The notes beneath the pieces were generated by a model. It made no database searches. It was not told the origin of the DNA and worked only from the letters and a program-made list of their open reading frames with translations. A stretch of 64,000 nucleotides of DNA from Squalus acanthias (lineage: Eukaryota). The translations under genes were made by a program, and so were the position numbers. Positions within the stretch are counted from its first letter, which is position 1; every line of letters begins with the position of its first letter. Shown here one piece after another: positions 51,328 through 63,289 of the stretch. Location: assembly GCA_030390025.1 (NCBI GenBank), contig JASTWF010000070.1:372001-436000 (forward strand), written 5' to 3'.

Positions 51328-51590
51328 AAGGACACAGTCTCCTTACTGTGTTTTGTCAGTGGCGTTTCCTCAAACCGGATTGCTATTTTCTGGGATGTTT
51401 CCGGACGGGCTAACAGAGCGACGCACCGATTCCCGGTACAATAAACCCGGACGGGACCTACGGCAACAGAAGTCACATCAGTGTCTCGGTGCAAGCTTGG
51501 AGCAGCGGCGCTGTCTGTAATTTGTGCTGTTCCACTAGACTTCTCCAGCTAAAATATGGAGAAGAGCGTGTCGGGGAAAACTGTAGAGAA
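51328..51590 (+). pseudogene. Orphan C1-exon relic of the VJ-C1 receptor family
   Basis: KDTVSLLCFVSGVSSNRIAIFWDVSG../..GTINPDGTYGNRSHISVSVQAWSSGAVC/ICAVPLDFSS*NMEKSVS; several frameshifts and a stop; homologous to the C1 exons of A and B. Confidence 0.85.
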
Positions 51591-51649
51591 AGCCAGGAAA
51601 GAGTGAGAGATGTGCAAAAGACTCTTTCACTGCAATCCTTTCACTACAT

Positions 51650-52450
51650 CGAATTACATAGAATGTGCAGCACAGAAACAGGCCATTCGGCCCAACAGGT
51701 CTATGCCGGTGTTTATGCTTCACACGAGCCTTCTCCCATTCATTTTCATCTCACCCTATCAACATATCCTTCTATTCCTTTCTGCCTCACGTGTTTATCT
51801 AACTTCTCCTTAAATGCATCTATGCTATTTGCCTCAACCACTCCCTGTGGTAGCGAGTTCTACATTCTAAACACACTCTGTATATGAAGATTCTCCTGAA
51901 ACCCCTATTGAATTCATTAATGGCTATCTTATATTGAACTGACTGAAATGATTGTGTGCCTTTCTGAATTGGTCTCCCCCAGAAGTGGTAACATCTCCTC
52001 TATGTCTACCTTATCAAACACTTTCATAATCTTAAATACCTCAGTCAGGTCACCCCTCAGCCTTCTCTTTTCTAGAGAAAAGAGACCCAGCCTGCTCTAT
52101 TTCTGTAGATGCTGAGAGGCTGTTTCCCCCTGGCTGGATAGTCTAGAACCAGGGGTCACAGTCTCAGAATAAGGGGTCGGCCATTTAGGACTGAGATGAC
52201 GAGAAATTTCTTCACTCAGAGGGTGGTGAATCTTTGGAATCCTCCACCCCAGAGGGTTGTGGAGGCTCAGTCGTTGAGTATATTCAACATAGAGATCGAC
52301 AGATTTTTGAATATTACGGGAATCAAGGGATATGGGGATAGTTCAGGAAAGTGGAGATGAGGTAGAAGATTAGCTATGATCTTATTGAATTGCGGAGCAG
52401 GCTCAAAGGGAGGAATAGCCTACTCCTGTTCCTATTTCTTATGTTCTTAT
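51650..52450. mobile_element. Back-to-back CR1 3' fragments
   Basis: Minus copy 51650-52095, plus copy 52105-52450. Confidence 0.7.
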
Positions 52451-53359
52451 GTACCACGCTGTAATCCACAAACTCCCACCATCAAAGTACTTGAATATTT
52501 CATAATAACAATGTGAAACAACATTCATTTTAACGCTCTGACATCCCAACGACTCATTAACTATTTCCAGTCAATTAGTTTCAAAACAGATTAATGATTC
52601 AATTTTTATATAGCTGAAACTTGGACCTGAATGGTGTGGTTTACTTAACCAAACGCCCCCTGGAGGCAACATGTGATAAGGGTCTGTGTGTCTGATGGCG
52701 CTTCTCTATCACCCCCTGGCGACTCCTTTTCATACTTTAGAGCTGAGGTTTGGAAGCAGCGTGAGCACCACTTCCTTCCTGTGACTCCCAGATATCTTGC
52801 AATGTTCAAGGAGAATTATACCCACAATGCACAGTCAATTCACGACTTCAGTGGAGCCCGGAGTGGTAGAGCGGTCGTTCGTGGTAATTGTTGTTCTGGG
52901 ATGCTGCTATCCCAGTCTCTGTAAAGGAGAATAATCAGGGGTGTAAACTCCGCTGGCCTGTATCCTAACTCGCACCAAATCCCGTTCACCCATCACCCCC
53001 TCTGCTCGCTGACCTACATTGGCTCCCAGTCCGGTAACACACCACTCCTCTCAGGGGTCCGGTTCCGCCATAATTCCCGATTGGTATTACAAGTTACTGT
53101 GAGAATGAAACTGATTCGTAGTCTGGCTAACTTTTGAGTATAGAAGCGCCCCATAACACGTGGGAGACATCCCAGCCCTAGACCAGCTTCAGAGTAGAGT
53201 GAAAAACCGTCAGGAGATGGAATTACCATTAAAGACTGGAGAAATCTGGAGCGATTGGAGTAAAATCACTCACTGTTGAGCCTATGCAAGCACATGCACT
53301 AAACGGCACAAGAGACCAAACCAAACGCTACTGCGGACAAAAAGTGAGAGTTGCACACA

Positions 53360-53900
53360 CTAGGCTAGAATCCCCTTGAGTACAGAAGATTAAGGGGTGA
53401 TCTAATTGAACTGCTTAAGATGATTAAAGGATTCGACAGGGTAGATAGAGAGAAACTATTTCCTCTGGTGGGGGGTGTCCAGAACAAGGGGGCATCACCT
53501 TAAAATTAGAGCCAGGCCGTTCAGGGATGATGTCAGAAAGCATTTCTTCACACAATAGGTAGTGGAAATCGGGAACTCTCTCCCCCAAAAAGCTGTTGAG
53601 GCTGGGGGTCAATTCCGAATTTCAAAACTGAGATTCATAGATTTTTGTTGGGTAAGGGTATTAAGGGTTACGGTCCCAAGACAGGTAGATGGAGTTAAGG
53701 TACAGATCAGCGATGATCTAATTGAATGGAGGAATAGGATCGAGGGGCTGAATGGCCTCTTCCTGTTCCTATGTAACAGGCTCGAGGGGCTGAATGGCCT
53801 CCTCCTGTTCCTGTGTAACAGGCTCGAGGGGCTGAATGGCCTCCTCCTGTTCCTGTGTAACAGGCTCCAGGGGCTGAATGGTCTCCTCCTGTTCCTGTGA
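53360..53900 (+). mobile_element. CR1 3' fragment with 4 tandem copies of its ~42-bp terminus
   Basis: AACAGGCTCGAGGGGCTGAATGGCCTCCTCCTGTTCCTGTGT repeated at 53735-53900. Confidence 0.8.
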
Positions 53901-55678
53901 TCCGAACTGGGAAAATAAGATGCACGATTCTCTGCCTGAACTATGGGTTGTGTTGATTCTGAGGCAATCTCTTATGTAGCACTGTTACCGTCTGTCGTGC
54001 GGATTATCTCACTGACCGTAACCGTATATGTCCCGGCGGGAGGGGTGAGGTGGGAGGGGTACCGATTAGTAACGCCTATACTGAGCTCTCCCCTAGACTG
54101 AATTGAAATAGCGCCAAACCGTTTGTAGCTGGGAAATACCAGGATGACCCCGCTCTGCTGGCTCCAGATCACATCTGGCTGAAGCTGACAACATCTGAAA
54201 GCGAGCTGGCCGAACTGGTCACGTGTACCTGAATGTGGTCTCCATGTACTGTTTTGGAACTTTATACCAGGGAATCTTTTCCCAGAGATAGCACTCTCTC
54301 GCCACAGACTCGCCACCCTCGCCCATTGATTCCACCCTCTTCCCGGTCTCAATCGACCCAGACTGTTCACAATCTCAGGGCCCTATTGCACTCATATCTG
54401 AGTTTCTCGGCCCATGATCTGTCCGCCTCAAAGGTCACCTACATTCAACTCACTAACCTTTCCTGCCTTCCCCGCTACCTTACTCCACCTGCCGTTAAAC
54501 CCTCAATCAAGCCTTTGTTACCTCCTAACGTGACTTGTCCAATGCTCGCGGCACCCCTACCTAAGACTCTTGGCAGTCTTGAGCTCTTCCAAATCTCTAC
54601 CGCCCGTAGCCCATCCCCCACAAGTCCCACTCACTCACCATTCACGGTCTTACTGAAATGCAGGGACTCCTCATCCCCCAAGGGCCCCAGTTTAAAATTG
54701 TCATCTCCTTGTTCAAATCGTTCATGCCTTCGCCATTCCCGATCTCTGTAACCCCCCCCCCTCCATCCCTATCTACCCCCAGCTCTCTGTGCCCCCCGAA
54801 TCTGGCACTAGAGAAGGTGCAATAAAAGATTTGCACGGATGATACAGAACTGAGAGGTTATAACTAACAGGAAAGATTGAACAGGCCTGAGCTCTTTTGT
54901 ATCGAAAGGAGTAGGCTGGGGGTGACCTGCTAGAGGTCTTTAAGATTATGAAAGGGTTTGATAGGGTAGACGTAGATAAGATGCTTCCACTTGTTGGGAA
55001 GACCCAGAACTAGGGGCCATCAATATAAGATAGTCACTAATAAATCCAATGGCGAATTCTGGAGAAACTTCTTTACCCAGAGAATGGTGAGAATGTGGAA
55101 CTCGCTACCACAGGGAGTGGTTGTGGCGAATAGTATAGATGCATTTAAGGGGAAGCTAGATAAACACATGAGGGAGAAGGGAATAGAGGGTTATGCTGAT
55201 AGTGTTAGATGAGGAAGTTGGCAGGAGGCTCGAGTGGAGCATAAACACCGGCATAGACCAGTTGGGCTGAAAGGCCTGTTTGTGCTGTACATTCTATGTA
55301 ATCCACTCAATGGCCCTTTAAGTGCTGAGTAAAGACGGACCACTTTAAGCTCGTGGCAGCATTTCCTGTTTATTAAGAGCTGTGTTACACAAGTTCCCAA
55401 TCACAATATGGTCACCGAATAAAGGGAAATCTGTTCTCATTCTACACACAGCGAAATTTTACACGCAAGATATTGCGTACAATTGTTCAGAAAGGTCCAT
55501 CTCACAAAGCTGGACAATCATTTCGTTCCCTTCTAATATTAGATAGCCTTCGGATTGTTTGCCGAAATATGACATTGCTACAGCGATTACATTGCATAAA
55601 AAGGCGGATTGCATACATTGAATGATTTGTTTCATGACATTAAACACGAGCAAAAATCCGCTGCCAACTTGCACCGCC

Positions 55679-56007
55679 TCAGTCGGAACACGAGGAGGCG
55701 CTGATGGTCTTGACATGAGGCGAGCTCAGAGAGCCGTGGCTGACGCTGCAAGAATAGCTGGAGCCCTTGTTCCAAGCGGCGGCGCGGACTCTCAGGTAAA
55801 TGCTCAGGCTGTAGGTTTCATCGCTGTCCGGGGACACGGCGCCTGTCGTCACCCCGCTGTCTGTCTCTTGGCCATCCACGCTCCAACGGAGCCGCACCAA
55901 GCCCGGCTGAAAGCGACTCACCAGGCAGGACAGAGTGGCCGATCCCGAGCCGATTTCTTCCGAGGATGGAGGGAGGAGAAGAACCGAGGGGCTTCGATCC
56001 TCGCTGC
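55679..56007 (-). CDS. IgL: Ig light chain gene 2, constant (C1) exon
   Basis: 329 bp as in gene 1; open frame SSEDRSPSVLLLPP...KTISASSCSD*; AATAAA at 55369-55374 (-). Confidence 0.95.
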
Positions 56008-57460
56008 CTGTGTGTGGGGAGAAAGAAAATTCATTAGTTTATGGAATCCGTCAGCATTGGGACGCTCTGATCTGAAATCATGACGACAAAGAACCCCGAA
56101 CAACTTTCACTTTAAAATAAATTACTGATTAATACAGGAGTTCCAAGAAATTCTTAAATCTCTAATTCCTCTGCTCGTCTGCCAATTCTTTTGCCGACAT
56201 TACAAAAGTGACTTGTTTCAAAATTACTTCATTGGCTGTAAAGCGCTTTGGGACGTCCTGAGGTCGTGAAAGGAGCTGTAGAAATACAAGTCTTCATTTG
56301 TTCCTTTCTTTCTTTTTTTGTCACTTTCCTTCAACAGAAAATGCTGGAAATACAGACCGGGTCAGTCAGCCTGTGTGAGGCGGAAAGATCAGTAACTGAC
56401 CAGTTCAGGTGCAGGTTACACCCCCGGAACCGCACTAACCTGTCTGTTCACGTTACAGACACTGACCGATCGGCCGTGTATTCCCAGCATTGTCTGTTTT
56501 TATTTGATTTCCTAAAATTGCAGTTTTTTCCTTTTTACTTGAATATAATGAAGCGTTTGATTGTCTTAAAATGCGGTCGGTGTTAACTTTAAAGCGGTGA
56601 ATTCATGGAGCTGTGACCCGCTTTCCACCGAGAGTCCACATTATGTTCTGATATCTCAAAATGATGCAGCCCTTTCAAAGAGCCGTCACAGGCACGATGG
56701 ACCGAATGGCCTCCTTCTGTGCTGCATCTTTCCATAAGATTCCGGAAGGTATTTTTGGGATTCATATTATTTTAGAATTGCGAGTTAGAAACTGATCGGC
56801 TTTAAATGTTGCGGCGATAATGATTGAGCCGGGTCTGTTACCGGGTATTGAAGAGCTCACTGAATAAAGAGAGGACATTGTACACGGGCTGGCAATTAAT
56901 GTAGTGACTCTGCCTAGCAATATTGTAAATGCTTTACGTAGAATTACACAGAATATGCAGCACAGAAACAGACAATGGTCCCAACCAATCCATGTCGGCG
57001 TTTATGCTCCACTCCAGCCTCCTCCCATCCTTCCACATCTAACTCTATCAGCATATCCCTGTGTTACCTTCTCCCTCATGTGCTTATCTAGCCTCCCCTT
57101 AAATCTATACTATTCTCCTCAATCAATCCGTGTTGTAGCGAATTCCACATTCTCACCACTCTCTGGGTAAAAAAATCCCTATTTGATTTCTTGGTGTTAT
57201 CTTATATTGATGGCTCCTAGTTTTGATCTTCCCCACCAGTGGAAACATTCTCTCTGTGTGTACTCTATCAAAACGTTTCATAATTTTAAAGACCTGTATT
57301 CGGTCACCCTTCAGCCTTCTCTTTCCCCGGTTTGATGAAGGGTTTTCACTGTTCGATATTTCTAGTAAAAAGGGAACCAAGGAATGTAAAAGATTCTTGC
57401 TACAGGGGCAAGTAAGGATTCCTGCGGGTGAATTGATTTCTATGTCGGGATCAGCTCAGT

Positions 57461-59712
57461 TATTTTACAACTTCCAAAAAAAATATATTCCACTGAAAAG
57501 AAAAGGGTGTAAAAGAAAGGACAGTCATCCGTGGCTAAGTAAAGAAATTAAGGATAGTATTCGATTAAAAACAAGGGCATATAAGGTAGCGAAATCTAGT
57601 GGGAGAACAGAGGATTGGGAAAACTTTAAAAGGCAGCAAAAAATAACAAAAAGATTGATTAAGAAAGGGAAGATAGATTATGAAAGTAAATTAGCAAAAA
57701 ATATAAAAACAGATAGTAAGAGTTTTTATAGTTATATGAAAAGATAAAGGGTGGCTAAAGTAAATGTTGGTCCCTTAGAGGATGAGACATGTAAATTAAT
57801 GGTGGGAAATATGGAGATGGCAAAAACACTGAATGAATATTTTGTATCAGTCTTTACAGTAGAGGACACTAAGAATATCCCAACACTGGACAAACAGGGG
57901 GCTATAGGGGGAGAGGAGCTAAACACGATCAAAATCTCTAAGGAAGTGGTACTCGGTAAAATAATGGGACTCAAGGCGGATAAATCACCTGGACCTGATG
58001 GCTTACATCCTAGAGTCTTGAAGGAAGTGGCGGTAGGGATTGTCGATGCATTGGTAATAATTTTTCAAAACTCCCTGGATTCCGCTAAGGTCCCGGCAGA
58101 CTGGAAAACTGCTAATGTAACACCCTTATTTAAAAAGGGCAGTAGACAGAAGGCTGGTAACTATACACTGGTTAGCCTAACATCTGTGGTAGGTAAAATT
58201 TTGGAGTCCATTATTAAGGAAACAGTAACAGGACATTTGGATAATCATAATTTAATAGGACAAAGTCAGCATGGTTTTACGAAGGGGAAGTCATGTTTGA
58301 CAAATTTGCTGGAGTTCTTTGAGGAAGTAACAAAAAGAGTGGATAAAGGGGAACCAGTGGATGTAGTGTATTTAGACTTCCAAAAGGCATTTGACAAGGT
58401 GCCAAACAAAAGATTATTGCTTAAGGTAAAAAATCACGGGATTGAGGGTAATATTCTGGCATGGATAGAGGATTGGCTCTCTAACAGAAAGCAAAGAGTT
58501 GGGATAAATGGTTCATTCTCAGACTGGCAATCAGTAACTAGTGGTGTTCCACAGGGGTCAGTGCTGGGTCCCCAACTCTTTACAATCTATATTAACGATT
58601 TGGAGGAAGGGACCAAGTGTAACATATCAAAATTTGCAGATGATACAAAGATGGGAGGGAAAGTAGTGAGTGAGGAGGACATAAAAAACCTGCAAGGGGA
58701 CATAGACAGGCTAAGTAAGTGGGCAGAGATTTGGCAGATGGAATACAACACTGGAAAGTGTGAGGTGATGCACTTTGGCAGGAAAAATCCTAGAGCAATT
58801 TATTATCTTAATGGCAAGAAACTGGAGAGTACTGAAGTGCAAAGGGATCTGGGGGTCCTGGTGCACGAAACTCAAAAGGTTAGTATGCAGGTGCAGCAAG
58901 TGATTAAGAAGGCAAATGGAATGTTGGCTTTCATTGCTAGGGGGATAGAATATAAAAATAGGGAGGTATTGCTTCAGTTGTACAAGGTATTGGTGAGACC
59001 GCACCTGGAATACTGCATACAGTTTTGTGTCCTTACTTAAGGAAAGACATCCTTGCTCTCGAGGCAGTGCAAAAAAGGTTCACTCGGTTAATCCCGGGGA
59101 TGAGGGGGTGGTCATATGAGGAGAGGTTGGGTAGATTGGGACTCTACTCATTGGAGTTCAGAAGAATGAGAGGCGATCTTATTGAAACATATAAGATTGT
59201 GAAGGGGTTGGATCGGGTGGATGCGGGGAGGATGTTCCCGATGACGGGTGAGACTAGAACTAGGGGACATAGTCTTAGAATAAGGGGCTGCTCTTTCAAA
59301 ACTGAGATGAGGAAGAACTACTTCACTCAGAGGGTGGTAGGTCCATGGAATATGCTGCCACAAAAAGCTGTAGAAGCTACATCATTAAATAAATTTAAAA
59401 CAGAAATAGACAGTTTCCTAGAAGTAAAGGGCATTAAGGGTTTCGGGGAGCGGGCAGGAATTTGGACATGAGTCTAGGTTCGGATCGGTCATGGCCCTGT
59501 GGGTAGTGGAGCGGGCCCAGGGACCGTGTAGCCTGATTCTGCTCCTATTTCGTGTGTGCAATTCTGTTAGATGCAGGAGATGGTTCTGTGATAGATAGTA
59601 GATTGGCGGTTAGGATCAGATCAGCCATGATCTTATTGAATGGCGGAGCAGGCTCGAGGGGCCGATTGGCCTACTCCTGCTCCTATTTCTTATGTTCTTA
59701 TGTTCTTATTTT
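57461..59712 (+). mobile_element. CR1-clade LINE inserted in the J-C intron of IgL gene 2, with target-site duplication
   Basis: ORF 57751-59040 carries RT motifs; flanked by CTCAGT at 57455-57460 and 59713-59718; empty site in gene 1 near 15868. Confidence 0.95.
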
Positions 59713-61258
59713 CTCAGTCTCGCTGATCCCAGAGCGATCCGTTCAACACTGGGCGGTAGCGGGACCCGACAGATCAACCCAGGAGAATCGGCGCTATCCC
59801 CGGGGGGACACTTGACAGGGAGAGTCAGCAGACACAGTCTGGGGCAGGGAGAGGGTCAGCAGCGAGAGAATCAGATGGAGAGAAAGTTCCCTTCAACAAG
59901 CATTACCCAGTCTCACACACACACACGGGGCTGGTCAGTAATTGTCACTGCGCCGCTCCATGGTAAAGCGCCGGTTCTGCTCTATAAACAGCGGGGAGAT
60001 TGCAAATAATGAGCTCAGACAGATTAAATATCGGAACAGGTAATTCAGAATTAAATCAGTCCCGTTAAACGAATACAATCCCGACTAGTCCCGGTGTTGC
60101 TGGCGACAGGGAGTCGATCCAACCGGTTGTGTGCTGGGACAGCGGGTCTCGGGAGGGTCCTCTCTCTCTCCCAGCCTAGAGCCGGACACCCGACGGCTGG
60201 GGGCAGGGGGACAATACGACACAAGAATAAAACCAGCAGCAACATTGAAAGTTGTAAATGACGGTAAATGGGTTGGGATTCCCCCGGGGACTATCCCGCC
60301 GGCTCCGGGCATTCTATTTCAAATCGGGCGGTCCGACTCTTTGAAAGTGCTATCCAATTAGTTCCATTCCACAGAGTCCTGCAATTTTCTCCCTTCAAGT
60401 CTCAGTGTAACATAGTGACATATTCAGTGTCCACTGTCAGAACTTCACAGTGTAGCTCACAACTTTCCTCTCTCTCTCTCTCTCTCTTTATCTCTTGCTG
60501 CACCAGAATGATACCGGGGCTTAGAGGGTTAAATTACGAGGACGGGTTGCATAAACTTGCCTTGTATTCCCTTGAGTTTAGAAGATTCAGAGGTGATCTG
60601 AGCGAGGAGTTTAAAATGTGAAAAAGGATTCGATCGGGTCAACACAGAGAAACGATTTCCTCCGGTCGGGGAATCAAGAATCAGGGGAGATCAACTGAAA
60701 ATTAGAGCCCGGCCATTTAGGAGGGAAGCACTTTTTCACACAGGCTCGAGCGGCTGAATGACCTCCTCCTGTTCCTCTGTCACGATTTTATCAATCAGTG
60801 CTCCTGTGAGTACATTCAGCCCATCGTGCTTGTGCCGGCTCTTTGAGTAGAGCTATACAATTATTCCCACTCTCCTGCTCTTTCCACGCAGCCCTGCATT
60901 TATCCTATTCATGTATTTATCCAATTCCCTTTTGAAAATTACTATTGAATCTGCTTTCACCGCACTTTCAGGCAGCGCATTCCAGATCACAACAACTCGC
61001 TGCGTAAAAAGAACAATTCTCCTCATCTACCCTACTGAATGGAAGCAGGAAATGGTGTCAAACATCATTTCAGCGCAGTATTATTCCCCGAGGCGCTTCA
61101 ATAATTCCAATTCTGATCAGTTTAACATTTTCGGGGTATAAATAGATACAACATCAAAATTCACAGCATCGAGATTTCACTGGCACCCGGGAATGAAAAC
61201 GACTGTAAATTAATAATAATTGAAACAATGTGAATGACAGAATGAGAGAGTCACTTAC

Positions 61259-61612
61259 TCTTTATACTCAGGACGGTCCCCGGTCCGAAGATGAATCCCG
61301 AGTCCCACACAGCACAGTAATAGACGGCGGAGTCACCGGGCACCAGGGTTCCGATGGTCAGAATGTAACTGTTACCGGAGGCGTCTCTGGAAGGTAGAAA
61401 ACGGTCTGTGAAGCCGGTGGCTCGGTATATCGATCCATCGGTGTTATATCTTAGCACCCAGACCGGAGCTTCCCCGGGTCGCTGTCGGAACCAATTCATA
61501 TCCTCGCTGCCCACAGCCCCGTTCTGCATCGCACACTGTAACCGGGCGGTCTGACCCGCGGAGACAGGATCGGATATTGGGAACTGATTGAGGACGGGAG
61601 CCGCCAGAACAC
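61259..61612 (-). CDS. IgL: Ig light chain gene 2, germline-joined VJ exon
   Basis: 354 bp, intact splice sites: VLAAPVLNQFPISDPVSAGQTARLQCAMQNGAVGSEDMNWFRQ...YYCAVWDSGFIFGPGTVLSIK; no RSS. Confidence 0.95.
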
Positions 61613-61763
61613 CTTCAATAAAAAAAAAATCAACCCATTCAGAGACTTGGAGCAAATAGGATGTTAATGCGTCAATAAACACGGAAAGAAAACAGCCCGA
61701 TTCTCGGTATTGAACCGATTTAATTGCGGATAAAACCCTTGACTAAAACCATTCGTCTCTCAC

Positions 61764-61812
61764 CCGTTAAATGGATCAGCAGAGCCCACAGGAGATGCAT
61801 CGCTGGAGCCAT
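61764..61812 (-). CDS. IgL: Ig light chain gene 2, leader exon
   Basis: Same peptide as gene 1 (MAPAMHLLWALLIHLT-G); 49 bp; GTGAG donor. Confidence 0.92.
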
Positions 61813-61928
61813 TTCCTCCGGAGATGCGCCAACAGCCACCGCTCAAATTTCCGACTGAACCGTGCGTTGTTCCTGTAAACTCCGGGACCCGGTCCGGTTA
61901 CAGTGTCTGCAAACCCGAGACTCCGGGT

Positions 61929-61952
61929 CTATTTATTACCCGGTATGCAAAT
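61929..61952 (-). promoter_or_regulatory. IgL gene 2 promoter: octamer plus TATA-like box
   Basis: ATGCAAAT at 61945-61952, same spacing to the ATG as in gene 1. Confidence 0.85.
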
Positions 61953-63289
61953 GGCTGGGAGGGGCCAGGAAAAGGAAGGAGGCAGATTTTTAATTCGGGA
62001 TTTTTATTTAAATCTATTTGTGCCTGATTTAATTATTACAATCTTAAACCTTTAATATAAAAATGTTTAAAGGCTAATTAGAGTTTCTGTTCAGGGAAGG
62101 TTCCAAGATTCCGAAGATTTTTGCGATAATGAATATTTAGTCTGTGTTCTACCCCAGAAAAATGAGGAGCGGTTTGTAGAGATACGGATCAGCTGTTGCA
62201 ATTCGGCCGGAATCGTTCTGATAACGCGCTGTTACTCTCCGATATACTGCATCAGATATTAAAATAATCTTTTCCCACTAAAATAAATATTTCATAATAG
62301 ACTGCCGTCCGCTACTCTAAATCAGCAGCAAGACAACCCTGGATTCGTCAATCCCTTTAAAATTGAGGTTTCAATTGACAAATATGATTTGGGCCTCAGT
62401 CTTTAAAGAATTTCTGATGAGAATATTCCTGAGGCGGTGTAAAGAGCTAATTAGGTGAATGAGAAAGAGGGAAAGAAAGCGGCATTTTACACCCTGCCAC
62501 AGATTAAAGAGAAGTTGTTCTGTTATAGTCTGAATCATCCCCTTTAAAACTAACGCGAGCAAATAAAACTCGGCACAATATTAATAAAATGACACCTTGC
62601 CTTTAATTTGCTGCGGGTCCGATGAATGCGCGCAGTTCCCGTTTTAAACCCTGTTCCAGTTGAATTATTAAGCGGCGGGGTCAGTTGTTTCTGGGGCTCT
62701 GTGATGTTGAACACTTCCCCTGTTTGGAGTCAATCACTAACTCCCCACACTGAGTCTTGGTTCATATTTTTAAAAGTCAGATTGAAGCTGGTTGGTGTCA
62801 GTTACTTGAGGGCAAAAGAAAAATGTAGCAATTTGTTAATAAATGTGTTGGCTCCAGATATTAGCGTGAATAATATTTTCTGTTTAATAAATATCTGAAT
62901 TGTGTATCTGTGAAGTTAGGTATTCCCCTGTTTCTTAGAAAAACACACAGAGCGGCCGGAGGGATCCTCGTCCCCTGGAGTAGCCGGCATTGAATTCGGG
63001 CAGGGATTGGTTCTCACCTGGACAAGGGGCTTTTCATTAAAGCCCAGGTGCTTTGTTCTGTTTCTGCGCTTGAACTGATCACTAATTCCTCTGGTCTGTT
63101 AGAATTATTAAAGGGGCTTTGGTGCTGTGACTGGAGCTGCTCTCTCAACCTTGCACAGTTCCCAAGAGCTTTGTCACTGCTGACACTGACACGGCTGACT
63201 GGAGAACCAATCATTGCAGTGCACTAGCCACACCGCGCACTGCACCTTGGGAACTGTAGTTCCACATTGGGCAATAGTCAAGATCAGCG

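Noticed and set aside
53735-53900. Regularly spaced direct repeats resembling a CRISPR array (also 36455-36610)
   Set aside because: Head-to-tail repeats without unique spacers, derived from LINE/SINE parts in a vertebrate genome.
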